A stretch of DNA of 6,978 nt from a virus (Duplodnaviria; Heunggongvirae; Uroviricota; Caudoviricetes). Positions 1-6,880 of this stretch are shown here, in pieces (the first letter of the stretch is position 1; every line of letters starts with the position of its first letter). Made by a program: the position numbers and the translations under genes. The notes below the pieces were generated by a model. That model ran no database searches and was not told where the DNA came from. It was given only the letters and a program-made list of their open reading frames with translations. The stretch is taken from IMG/VR virus record IMGVR_UViG_2529292719_000015; one strand, 5' to 3'.

Positions 1-365
1 CTAAATCACGTCAGCGCTGGCTGTTTTACGCGTATGACAGGATACGGAGGACAGTTGTGGCGCACGTTTTCGGTGAACGCACTCTGGCCACACTGGCGCG
101 TCTTCTGAGCCTGCTGTCGGCCTTTGAGGTCGTGGTATGGATGACGGATGGCTGGCCGCTGTATGAATCACGCCTGAAGGGAAAGCTGCACGTTATCAGC
201 AAGCGTTACACTCAGCGCATTGAGCGACATAATCTGAATCTGAGACAACATCTGGCAAGGCTGGGACGGAAGTCACTGTCGTTCTCAAAATCGGTGGAGC
301 TGCATGACAAGGTCATCGGGCATTATCTGAACATAAAACACTATCAGTAAGTTGGAGTCACTACC
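1..365 (+). mobile_element. IS1 right-hand portion (insB 3' end to right inverted repeat)
   Basis: Ends at 343-365 with ATCAGTAAGTTGGAGTCACTACC, which matches the IS1 right terminal repeat (canonical ATCAATAAGTTGGAGTCATTACC as recalled). Carries the insB C-terminal reading frame. Positions 1-26 are identical to 6953-6978. Confidence 0.93.
3..350 (+). CDS. insB: IS1 transposase InsB, C-terminal part (5' end lies in the IS1 portion at the window end)
   Basis: Frame is open from position 3 ([12 protein letters not shown]...) to the stop at 348-350. Translation ...[21 protein letters not shown]...[70 protein letters not shown] matches the IS1 InsB C-terminus. The M at 57 in the ORF track is an internal GTG codon, not the real start. 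Confidence 0.9.
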   Translation, partial: KSRQRWLFYAYDRIRRTVVAHVFGERTLATLARLLSLLSAFEVVVWMTDGWPLYESRLKGKLHVISKRYTQRIERHNLNLRQHLARLGRKSLSFSKSVELHDKVIGHYLNIKHYQ

Positions 366-458
366 GTCGGTGCGGTACTGACGATATTAACCTTCCTGGT
401 GCATATCACCCTCGGCGTGTGGTGGTGGAATATGCTGATCGGCTGGAACATGCTGTAA
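366..458 (+). pseudogene. ybhI: 3'-terminal remnant of ybhI (membrane transporter) truncated by the IS1 insertion
   Basis: In-frame hydrophobic tail VGAVLTILTFLVHITLGVWWWNMLIGWNML* starts directly after the IS1 right end, with no start codon. Position upstream of ybhJ matches the K-12 gene order ybhI-ybhJ-ybhC-attB. Confidence 0.7.
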
Positions 459-601
459 ATATTCTCGTCATACTTCAAGTTGCATGTGCTGCGTCTGCGT
501 TCGCTCACCCCAGTCACTTACTTATGTAAGCTCCTGGGGATTCACTCGCTTGTCGCCTTCCTGCAACTCGAATTATTTAGAGTATATCCATTTATTATCT
601 T

Positions 602-625
602 TCTGCGCACTTCACGGTGCGCAGA
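602..625. promoter_or_regulatory. Perfect GC-rich inverted repeat (9-bp stem, 6-nt loop) just upstream of the ybhJ ribosome-binding site
   Basis: TCTGCGCAC (602-610), loop TTCACG, then GTGCGCAGA (617-625), an exact reverse complement. No T-tract follows on either strand, so it is not a typical intrinsic terminator. Confidence 0.45.
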
Positions 626-640
626 TATCTGGAGCATTTG

Positions 641-2902
641 ATGATCAAGTTATCTGAAAAAGGCGTGTTTCTCGCCAGTAATAACGAAATAATTGCCGAA
701 GAACATTTCACCGGCGAAATTAAAAAAGAAGAAGCCAAAAAAGGCACTATTGCCTGGTCTATTCTCTCTTCGCATAATACGTCCGGAAATATGGATAAAC
801 TTAAAATTAAGTTTGATTCATTAGCCTCTCACGATATTACCTTTGTTGGTATTGTACAGACCGCTAAAGCGTCCGGTATGGAACGTTTCCCGCTGCCGTA
901 TGTGCTGACCAACTGCCATAACTCACTCTGCGCCGTCGGCGGCACTATTAACGGTGATGACCATGTTTTTGGTTTATCGGCGGCCCAGCGTTATGGCGGG
1001 ATTTTTGTGCCTCCGCATATTGCGGTCATCCATCAATATATGCGTGAGATGATGGCAGGCGGCGGCAAAATGATCCTCGGGTCAGACAGCCACACCCGTT
1101 ACGGTGCATTAGGGACAATGGCAGTCGGTGAGGGCGGCGGTGAGTTGGTAAAACAGCTGCTTAATGACACCTGGGATATCGACTATCCGGGCGTGGTTGC
1201 GGTGCATCTGACCGGAAAACCTGCGCCGTATGTGGGGCCACAGGATGTGGCGCTGGCTATCATTGGCGCGGTGTTCAAAAACGGTTACGTCAAAAACAAA
1301 GTCATGGAGTTCGTTGGACCGGGCGTTAGCGCGCTCTCTACCGATTTCCGTAACAGCGTTGACGTGATGACCACTGAAACGACCTGTTTAAGTTCTGTCT
1401 GGCAAACCGATGAAGAAGTCCATAACTGGCTGGCGCTGCACGGTCGCGGCCAGGATTACTGCCAGCTTAACCCTCAACCGATGGCGTACTACGATGGCTG
1501 CATCAGCGTTGATTTAAGCGCCATCAAACCAATGATTGCGCTGCCGTTCCACCCGAGCAACGTGTATGAAATCGACACACTGCACCAGAACCTGACCGAC
1601 ATTCTGCGTGAGATTGAAATTGAGTCCGAACGCGTGGCGCACGGTAAAGCCAAACTCTCGCTGCTGGATAAAGTGGAAAATGGTCGCCTGAAAGTGCAGC
1701 AGGGGATTATCGCGGGCTGTTCTGGCGGTAACTACGAAAACGTCATCGCGGCGGCGAATGCACTGCGCGGTCAATCCTGTGGCAATGACACCTTCTCGCT
1801 GGCAGTTTACCCGTCATCACAGCCGGTGTTTATGGATCTCGCCAAAAAAGGTGTGGTAGCAGATTTGATTGGCGCAGGCGCAATCATCAGAACCGCGTTC
1901 TGCGGCCCATGCTTTGGCGCGGGCGATACGCCAATCAACAACGGTTTGAGTATTCGCCACACCACGCGTAACTTCCCGAACCGCGAAGGCTCTAAGCCAG
2001 CTAATGGGCAGATGTCAGCGGTGGCGTTGATGGACGCTCGTTCTATCGCTGCGACTGCGGCAAACGGTGGCTATTTAACCTCTGCCAGCGAACTTGATTG
2101 CTGGGACAACGTGCCGGAGTACGCCTTCGATGTAACGCCGTATAAAAACCGTGTTTATCAGGGCTTTGTGAAAGGGGCAACTCAGCAACCGCTGATTTAC
2201 GGGCCGAACATTAAAGACTGGCCGGAATTGGGTGCGCTGACTGACAATATCGTCCTGAAAGTGTGCTCGAAGATCCTCGACGAAGTGACCACCACCGACG
2301 AACTGATTCCTTCCGGTGAAACCTCTTCTTATCGTTCAAATCCGATTGGTCTGGCGGAGTTTACCCTGTCTCGCCGCGATCCCGGTTATGTTAGCAGAAG
2401 TAAAGCGACTGCTGAGCTGGAAAATCAGCGTCTGGCGGGGAATGTCAGCGAGCTGACAGAGGGGTTTGCGCGCATTAAGCAGATTGCTGGTCAGGAGCAT
2501 ATTGATCCGCTGCAAACTGAAATTGGCAGCATGGTCTATGCGGTGAAACCAGGCGATGGTTCTGCGCGTGAACAGGCGGCGAGCTGCCAGCGTGTGATTG
2601 GCGGTCTGGCGAATATTGCCGAGGAGTACGCGACTAAACGCTATCGTTCTAACGTCATCAACTGGGGGATGTTACCGCTGCAAATGGCGGAAGTACCAAC
2701 CTTTGAAGTGGGGGATTACATTTACATCCCTAGCATTAAAGCGGCGCTGGATAATCCGGGTACGACGTTTAAAGGTTATGTGATCCATGAAGATGCGCCG
2801 GTAACGGAAATTACGCTCTATATGGAAAGTCTGACTGCTGAAGAGCGCGAGATTATCAAGGCGGGTAGTTTGATTAACTTCAATAAAAACCGTCAGATGT
2901 AA
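641..2902 (+). CDS. ybhJ: Aconitase-family putative hydratase YbhJ
   Basis: 753-codon ORF from ATG 641, preceded by GGAG at 631-634. The ORF track's 617 start is a GTG inside the hairpin. Aconitase-family motifs are present (GSDSHT, CGPCFG cysteine ligands, SRRDPG). Gene order matches K-12. Confidence 0.9.
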   Translation: MIKLSEKGVFLASNNEIIAEEHFTGEIKKEEAKKGTIAWSILSSHNTSGNMDKLKIKFDSLASHDITFVGIVQTAKASGMERFPLPYVLTNCHNSLCAVGGTINGDDHVFGLSAAQRYGGIFVPPHIAVIHQYMREMMAGGGKMILGSDSHTRYGALGTMAVGEGGGELVKQLLNDTWDIDYPGVVAVHLTGKPAPYVGPQDVALAIIGAVFKNGYVKNKVMEFVGPGVSALSTDFRNSVDVMTTETTCLSSVWQTDEEVHNWLALHGRGQDYCQLNPQPMAYYDGCISVDLSAIKPMIALPFHPSNVYEIDTLHQNLTDILREIEIESERVAHGKAKLSLLDKVENGRLKVQQGIIAGCSGGNYENVIAAANALRGQSCGNDTFSLAVYPSSQPVFMDLAKKGVVADLIGAGAIIRTAFCGPCFGAGDTPINNGLSIRHTTRNFPNREGSKPANGQMSAVALMDARSIAATAANGGYLTSASELDCWDNVPEYAFDVTPYKNRVYQGFVKGATQQPLIYGPNIKDWPELGALTDNIVLKVCSKILDEVTTTDELIPSGETSSYRSNPIGLAEFTLSRRDPGYVSRSKATAELENQRLAGNVSELTEGFARIKQIAGQEHIDPLQTEIGSMVYAVKPGDGSAREQAASCQRVIGGLANIAEEYATKRYRSNVINWGMLPLQMAEVPTFEVGDYIYIPSIKAALDNPGTTFKGYVIHEDAPVTEITLYMESLTAEEREIIKAGSLINFNKNRQM

Positions 2903-2917
2903 AAAGCGCCATGTGAA

Positions 2918-3119
2918 TGTAGGTCGCATTCGGCACTTATTGTCGGATGCGATGCTTGCGCATCTTATCCGACCTACGAATCGCATCGAATCTGTAGGCC
3001 AGATAAGGCATTTTCGCAGCATCCGGCACTTATTGTCGGATGCGATGCTTGCGCATCTTATCCGACCTACAAATCGCATCGAACCGTAGACCGGATAAGG
3101 CGTTTACGCCGCATCCGGC
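2918..3119. repeat. REP/BIME cluster between convergent ybhJ and ybhC
   Basis: Four full REP-like palindromic units in alternating orientation (about 2942-2977, 2994-3027, 3035-3070, 3086-3119) plus a partial unit at about 2918-2936. A ~93-bp block (CGGCACTTATTGTCGGATGCGATGCTTGCGCATCTTATCCGACCTAC...) is tandemly duplicated with a few mismatches. Confidence 0.85.
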
Positions 3120-3135
3120 AAATAGTTAATTGCTC

Positions 3136-4419
3136 TTACTTCTTCGCCTCTGCAACCACTTTACTACCCACGCCGCGGTTATTGTATTCCCACATGCGGT
3201 TGTAGTTAGTGTCATTCAGATTGCGCTGTATTTCGTCGTTATCATCTACGCTGCCGGTATTACCCGCAAACGGACGATTAGAGATCACCGCATCGGCCCA
3301 CGGTTTAGCCGTGTTAAAACCTTCGTTGATGGCGCTATCACGGATCACCACCTGACCGTTGGTATTGGCATCAACATCCAGCGAGCGGCCCAGTTGCGCC
3401 ACACCATCACCGAAAGCATTGAAACGGCTGTTTACGGCGAGGAAACCGTAGTAAATGTTGGACAGCGTAGCCGGTGCAAACACATACGCTTCTTGCTGAG
3501 TACGTGAGTTCACCACGCGGAATTCGGTGTTATCGAACACCACTGCGCCGCGACCAGAAACGATATCCACATCCCCTTCAATGTAGCTGTTGGTCACCAG
3601 CGTACGCGGCTGACGATTCGTTTCCAGACGGTTCTGCACACCGCTGTTGGTGACAAAGAAGGTGTTCTGACGACCGAGAATGTTAACGTTGTTAATCTGT
3701 ACCTGGTCACCATCAGTACGCAGTGCCACCGCCGGATGGTTACCTGCATCTACGCTATCGCCCAGCGTGTTTTCGATGGTCAGATTTTGCAGTTGCAGGC
3801 CATTGTTTTGTGACCAGAAGACCGCAGAGCAGAGAACACCGATACTGTCGCTGCGTTTGCTCTGGCAGCTATCGTACATATACCACGCTGGTTTACCTGG
3901 CATATATTTGCCGCGCGGGTTGACGTCGTGACGCCAGTCGGCAGGGCTCATGCCACCATCAAGGGAAAGCCCAATCTTCACATCAATCGGTTTTTCACCT
4001 GTACCGTACAGAGTAATTCCACCCGGAGCGGCAGGGACATATACCGTTCCCTGATACTCACCAGGCATCACGGCAATATACTGGCGCTTGTTGGTACGCT
4101 TGATAATTGCCGCATCTACCGCCGCCTGAATCGTGGTATGCGTTACACCTTGAGTGCCCGCCGGGCCGACAACAAAGTCAGGTTGCGCAGGCAGGGTAAT
4201 CGGGGAAGGATTCCACGCTGCAGCACCTGGTGTCAGGGATGCAAAATAGTGTTGAGCATCGAAATTCTGCGCTTCTTTTGCCGACAGAATCGGGCGAGAA
4301 GAGGTACCAGGCGCGGTTTGATCAGAAGGACGTTGATCGGGCGGGGTTGAGCTACAGGCGGTCAGCGTCACGCCAAAAGCCAATGCCAGCGCCAGACGGG
4401 AAACTGAAAATGTGTTCAC
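3136..4419 (-). CDS. ybhC: Outer-membrane lipoprotein YbhC, pectinesterase (CE8)-like fold
   Basis: 427-aa ORF starting with GTG at 4417-4419, GGAG 6 nt upstream. N-terminal signal peptide with lipobox LTAC. Sits immediately next to the attB-derived arm, as in K-12. Confidence 0.9.
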   Translation of the reverse strand: MNTFSVSRLALALAFGVTLTACSSTPPDQRPSDQTAPGTSSRPILSAKEAQNFDAQHYFASLTPGAAAWNPSPITLPAQPDFVVGPAGTQGVTHTTIQAAVDAAIIKRTNKRQYIAVMPGEYQGTVYVPAAPGGITLYGTGEKPIDVKIGLSLDGGMSPADWRHDVNPRGKYMPGKPAWYMYDSCQSKRSDSIGVLCSAVFWSQNNGLQLQNLTIENTLGDSVDAGNHPAVALRTDGDQVQINNVNILGRQNTFFVTNSGVQNRLETNRQPRTLVTNSYIEGDVDIVSGRGAVVFDNTEFRVVNSRTQQEAYVFAPATLSNIYYGFLAVNSRFNAFGDGVAQLGRSLDVDANTNGQVVIRDSAINEGFNTAKPWADAVISNRPFAGNTGSVDDNDEIQRNLNDTNYNRMWEYNNRGVGSKVVAEAKK

Positions 4420-4454
4420 AGGTTGCTCCGGGCTATGAAATAGAAAAATGAATC

Positions 4455-4560
4455 CGTTGAAGCCTGCTTTTTTATACTAAGTTGGCATTATAAAAAAGCA
4501 TTGCTTATCAATTTGTTGCAACGAACAGGTCACTATCAGTCAAAATAAAATCATTATTTG
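4455..4560. other. Lambda attL (B-O-P'): bacterial B arm, 15-bp common core, phage P' arm with IHF H' and Int arm-type sites
   Basis: B arm CCGTTGAAGCCT, then core GCTTTTTTATACTAA at 4466-4480, then P' arm GTTGGCATTATAAAAAAGCATTGCTTATCAATTTGTTGCAACGAACAGGTCACTATCAGTCAAAATAAAATCATTATTTG. IHF-like ATCAATTTGTTG at about 4504-4518. Arm-type repeats AGGTCACTAT, CAGTCAAAAT, AAATCATTAT at about 4527-4557. The int stop codon lies inside the P' arm, as in lambda. Confidence 0.92.
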
Positions 4561-5624
4561 ATTTCAATTTTGTCCCACTCCCTGCCTCTGTCATCACGAT
4601 ACTGTGATGCCATGGTGTCCGACTTATGCCCGAGAAGATGTTGAGCAAACTTATCGCTTATCTGCTTCTCATAGAGTCTTGCAGACAAACTGCGCAACTC
4701 GTGAAAGGTAGGCGGATCCCCTTCGAAGGAAAGACCTGATGCTTTTCGTGCGCGCATAAAATACCTTGATACTGTGCCGGATGAAAGCGGTTCGCGACGA
4801 GTAGATGCAATTATGGTTTCTCCGCCAAGAATCTCTTTGCATTTATCAAGTGTTTCCTTCATTGATATTCCGAGAGCATCAACATGCAATACTGTTGGGA
4901 TGGCAATTTTTACGCCTGTTTTGCTTTGCTCGACATAAAGATATCCATCTACGATATCAGACCACTTCATTTCGCATAAATCACCAACTCGTTGCCCGGT
5001 AACAACAGCCAGTTCCATTGCAAGTCTGAGCCAACATGGTGATGATTCTGCTGCTTGATAAATTTTCAGGTATTCGTCAGCCGTAAGTCTTGATCTCCTT
5101 ACCTCTGATTTTGCTGCGCGAGTGGCAGCGACAGGGGTTGTTGTTATATGGCCTTCAGCTATTGCCTCTCGGAATGCATCGCTCAGTGTTGATCTGATTA
5201 ACTTGGCTGACGCCGCCTTGCCCTCGTCTATGTATCCATTGAGCATTGCCGCAATTTCTTTTGTGGTGATGTCTTCAAGTGGAGCATCAGGCAGACCCCT
5301 CCTTATTGCTTTAATTTTGCTCATGTAATTTATGAGTGTCTTCTGCTTGATTCCTCTGCTGGCCAGGATTTTTTCGTAGCGATCAAGCCATGAATGTAAC
5401 GTAACGGAATTATCACTGTTGATTCTCGCTGTCAGAGGCTTGTGTTTGTGTCCTGAAAATAACTCAATGTTGGCCTGTATAGCTTCAGTGATTGCGATTC
5501 GCCTGTCTCTGCCTAATCCAAACTCTTTACCCGTCCTTGGGTCCCTGTAGCAGTAATATCCATTGTTTCTTATATAAAGGTTAGGGGGTAAATCCCGGCG
5601 CTCATGACTTCGCCTTCTTCCCAT
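4554..5624 (-). CDS. int: Lambda-type tyrosine integrase Int
   Basis: 356-aa ORF (MGRRRSHERRDLPPNLYIRNNGYYCYRDPRTGKEFGLGRDRR...GREWDKIEIK) is near-identical to phage lambda Int as recalled. It overlaps xis by 23 bp and ends in the P' arm. Confidence 0.95.
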   Translation of the reverse strand: MGRRRSHERRDLPPNLYIRNNGYYCYRDPRTGKEFGLGRDRRIAITEAIQANIELFSGHKHKPLTARINSDNSVTLHSWLDRYEKILASRGIKQKTLINYMSKIKAIRRGLPDAPLEDITTKEIAAMLNGYIDEGKAASAKLIRSTLSDAFREAIAEGHITTTPVAATRAAKSEVRRSRLTADEYLKIYQAAESSPCWLRLAMELAVVTGQRVGDLCEMKWSDIVDGYLYVEQSKTGVKIAIPTVLHVDALGISMKETLDKCKEILGGETIIASTRREPLSSGTVSRYFMRARKASGLSFEGDPPTFHELRSLSARLYEKQISDKFAQHLLGHKSDTMASQYRDDRGREWDKIEIK

Positions 5625-5820
5625 TTCTGATCCTCTTCAAAAGGCTACCTGTTACTGGTCGATTTAAGTCAACCTTTACCGCTGATTCGTGGAACAGATA
5701 CTCTCTTCCATCCTTAACCGGAGGAGGGAATATCCTGCACTCGCGTACCCATCGACGAACTGTTTCAAGGCTTCTTGGGCGTCGCTGGCGTGCGTTCCAC
5801 TCCTGAAGTGTCAAGTACAT
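5602..5820 (-). CDS. xis: Lambda excisionase Xis
   Basis: 72-aa ORF MYLTLQEWNARQRRPRSLETVRRWVRECRIFPPPVKDGREYLFHESAVKVDLNRPVTGSLLKRIRNGKKAKS matches lambda Xis. 23-bp overlap with the int start. Confidence 0.95.
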   Translation of the reverse strand: MYLTLQEWNARQRRPRSLETVRRWVRECRIFPPPVKDGREYLFHESAVKVDLNRPVTGSLLKRIRNGKKAKS

Positions 5821-5832
5821 CGCAAAGTCTCC

Positions 5833-5846
5833 GCAATTACACGCAA
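5833..5846 (-). promoter_or_regulatory. cII-binding TTGC-N6-TTGC element of the pI (int) promoter
   Basis: The minus strand reads TTGCGTGTAATTGC immediately upstream of the xis ATG, the arrangement known for lambda pI. cII itself is not encoded in this window. Confidence 0.65.
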
Positions 5847-5847
5847 G

Positions 5848-5868
5848 AAAAAACCGCCATCAGGCGGC
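5848..5868 (-). terminator. Candidate intrinsic terminator between the orf55-like gene and xis
   Basis: The minus strand reads CCGCC-TGAT-GGCGG followed by TTTTTTCTT. The stem is short (5-6 bp) and overlaps the orf55 stop codon. Confidence 0.45.
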
Positions 5869-6027
5869 TTGGTGTTCTTTCAGTTCTTCAATTCGAATAT
5901 TGGTTACGTCTGCATGTGCTATCTGCGCCCATATCATCCAGTGGTTATAACAGTCGTTGATGTTCTCTGCTTCGATAACCCTGTTGAATGGCTCTCCATT
6001 CCATTCACCTGTGACTCGGAAGTGCAT
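5860..6027 (-). CDS. Small hypothetical protein, lambda orf55-like (55 aa)
   Basis: ATG at 6025-6027 (minus) and stop at 5860-5862, translated by hand as MHFRVTGEWNGEPFNRVIEAENINDCYNHWMIWAQIAHADVTNIRIEELKEHQAA. Position and length match the 55-codon ORF next to xis in the lambda genome as recalled. No clear Shine-Dalgarno seen. Confidence 0.5.
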   Translation of the reverse strand: MHFRVTGEWNGEPFNRVIEAENINDCYNHWMIWAQIAHADVTNIRIEELKEHQAA

Positions 6028-6038
6028 TTATCATCTCC

Positions 6039-6066
6039 ATAAAACAAAACTCGCCGTAGCGAGTTC
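6039..6066 (-). terminator. Intrinsic terminator downstream of the 142-aa orphan gene
   Basis: The minus strand reads AACTCGC-TACG-GCGAGTT (7-bp stem) followed by TTGTTTTAT, about 45 nt after the gene's stop codon. Confidence 0.6.
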
Positions 6067-6110
6067 AGATATAATTTCCACCAAAGGCAGTAGTTGCTTG
6101 ATGCTAAGAA

Positions 6111-6539
6111 TTATTCAATATCTATTCCTGTAATATCTTTTATCTTTTTCCTTGCAAAGCCTTTTGCTAGTGATTTTGAAACACTCATAAGTGTACTAAT
6201 TCCCTCATCCTTAAAGTTTGTTTTTATAGCTTGCCAGACATCCTTTTGACGTAAGTCAGCAATAAAATCATGCCCTCTTGCTGTCAACCTCAGTGGTACT
6301 TCGATCCAACTATATCCAACACCTTCCCCTAACGCTTTGGACAATATATGATCGAACCCAGGTTTTCCATCAACCCTGACTATTAATTCGTAGTCACATA
6401 ATAATCGCATATGGAAAATAAAATCTTGGTCATATCTATTAAAGCCATTATCCTCTAGTTCACTAAGCATCGTGTCAGGGCCACGAGTTTTTTCGAATGC
6501 GATAAGTAGATCTTTTAGATATTGCTGGTCTAATTTCAT
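6111..6539 (-). CDS. Hypothetical protein of unknown function (142 aa), AT-rich accessory gene in the prophage pL-operon region
   Basis: ATG at 6537-6539 (minus), preceded by GGAGG with 5-nt spacing. Stop at 6111-6113. Translation MKLDQQYLKDLLIAFEKTRGPDTMLSELEDNGFNRYDQDFIFHMRLLCDYELIVRVDGKPGFDHILSKALGEGVGYSWIEVPLRLTARGHDFIADLRQKDVWQAIKTNFKDEGISTLMSVSKSLAKGFARKKIKDITGIDIE. The ORF track's longer 150-aa version starts at a TTG inside the IS1 terminal repeat and is not credible. No family recognised by eye. Confidence 0.7.
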   Translation of the reverse strand: MKLDQQYLKDLLIAFEKTRGPDTMLSELEDNGFNRYDQDFIFHMRLLCDYELIVRVDGKPGFDHILSKALGEGVGYSWIEVPLRLTARGHDFIADLRQKDVWQAIKTNFKDEGISTLMSVSKSLAKGFARKKIKDITGIDIE

Positions 6540-6604
6540 TGCCGCCTCCGGTGATGCTGCCAACTTACTGATTTAGTGTATGATGGTGTTTTTGAGGTGC
6601 TCCA

Positions 6605-6880
6605 GTGGCTTCTGTTTCTATCAGCTGTCCCTCCTGTTCAGCTACTGACGGGGTGGTGCGTAACGGCAAAAGCACCGCCGGACATCAGCGCTATCTCTGC
6701 TCTCACTGCCGTAAAACATGGCAACTGCAGTTCACTTACACCGCTTCTCAACCCGGTACGCACCAGAAAATCATTGATATGGCCATGAATGGCGTTGGAT
6801 GCCGGGCAACTGCCCGCATTATGGGCGTTGGCCTCAACACGGTTTTACGTCACTTAAAAAACTCAGGCCGCAGTCGGTAA
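6605..6880 (+). CDS. insA: IS1 InsA (transposition regulator / N-terminal part of the InsAB' transposase)
   Basis: 91-aa [46 protein letters not shown]...[10 protein letters not shown] with a CxxC...CxxC zinc-finger pattern, matching IS1 InsA. Confidence 0.93.
   Translation: MASVSISCPSCSATDGVVRNGKSTAGHQRYLCSHCRKTWQLQFTYTASQPGTHQKIIDMAMNGVGCRATARIMGVGLNTVLRHLKNSGRSR

Noticed and set aside
617-640. GTG start at 617 giving a 761-aa YbhJ
   Set aside because: The GTG lies inside the stem of the perfect palindrome and has no Shine-Dalgarno. ATG 641 has GGAG at the right spacing and gives the expected 753 aa.
1514-2783. ORFs 1514-1774 (minus) and 2598-2783 (plus) inside ybhJ
   Set aside because: Antisense or alternate-frame ORFs embedded in the aconitase-family gene, with no independent signals.
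2672-3079. 135-aa ORF on the minus strand containing an internally repeated peptide (MRFVGRIRCASIASDNKCRM twice)
   Set aside because: It is produced by translating through the tandemly duplicated REP/BIME units and the antisense 3' end of ybhJ. The repeated peptide simply mirrors the DNA duplication, and there is no ribosome-binding site.
2918-3119. Possible CRISPR array, suggested by regularly repeated units
   Set aside because: The units are imperfect palindromes in alternating orientation with REP-like sequence. There are no unique spacers of constant length, no leader and no cas genes.
3130-4451. Plus-strand ORFs 3130-3507, 3680-3931, 3723-3923, 3928-4350 and 4230-4451
   Set aside because: All lie antisense to, and nested within, the well-supported ybhC gene. 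They are arginine- and cysteine-rich low-complexity translations typical of out-of-frame reading.
4455-4560. Intact attP, meaning an excised phage circle
   Set aside because: The left arm is bacterial (the ybhC-proximal attB arm CCGTTGAAGCCT) and not the phage P arm, so the site is attL.
4805-6042. Plus-strand ORFs 4805-5002, 5122-5328, 5689-6042 and 5775-5960
   Set aside because: Antisense to int, xis and the orf55-like gene, so most likely spurious.
6540-6563. TTG start at 6563 extending the orphan gene to 150 aa
   Set aside because: The extension would start inside the IS1 left terminal repeat and would translate through the GGAGG Shine-Dalgarno that precedes ATG 6539.
6576-6788. 70-aa ORF in an alternate frame inside IS1
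   Set aside because: It overlaps insA in a different frame. IS1 is known to encode only insA and the frameshifted insB.
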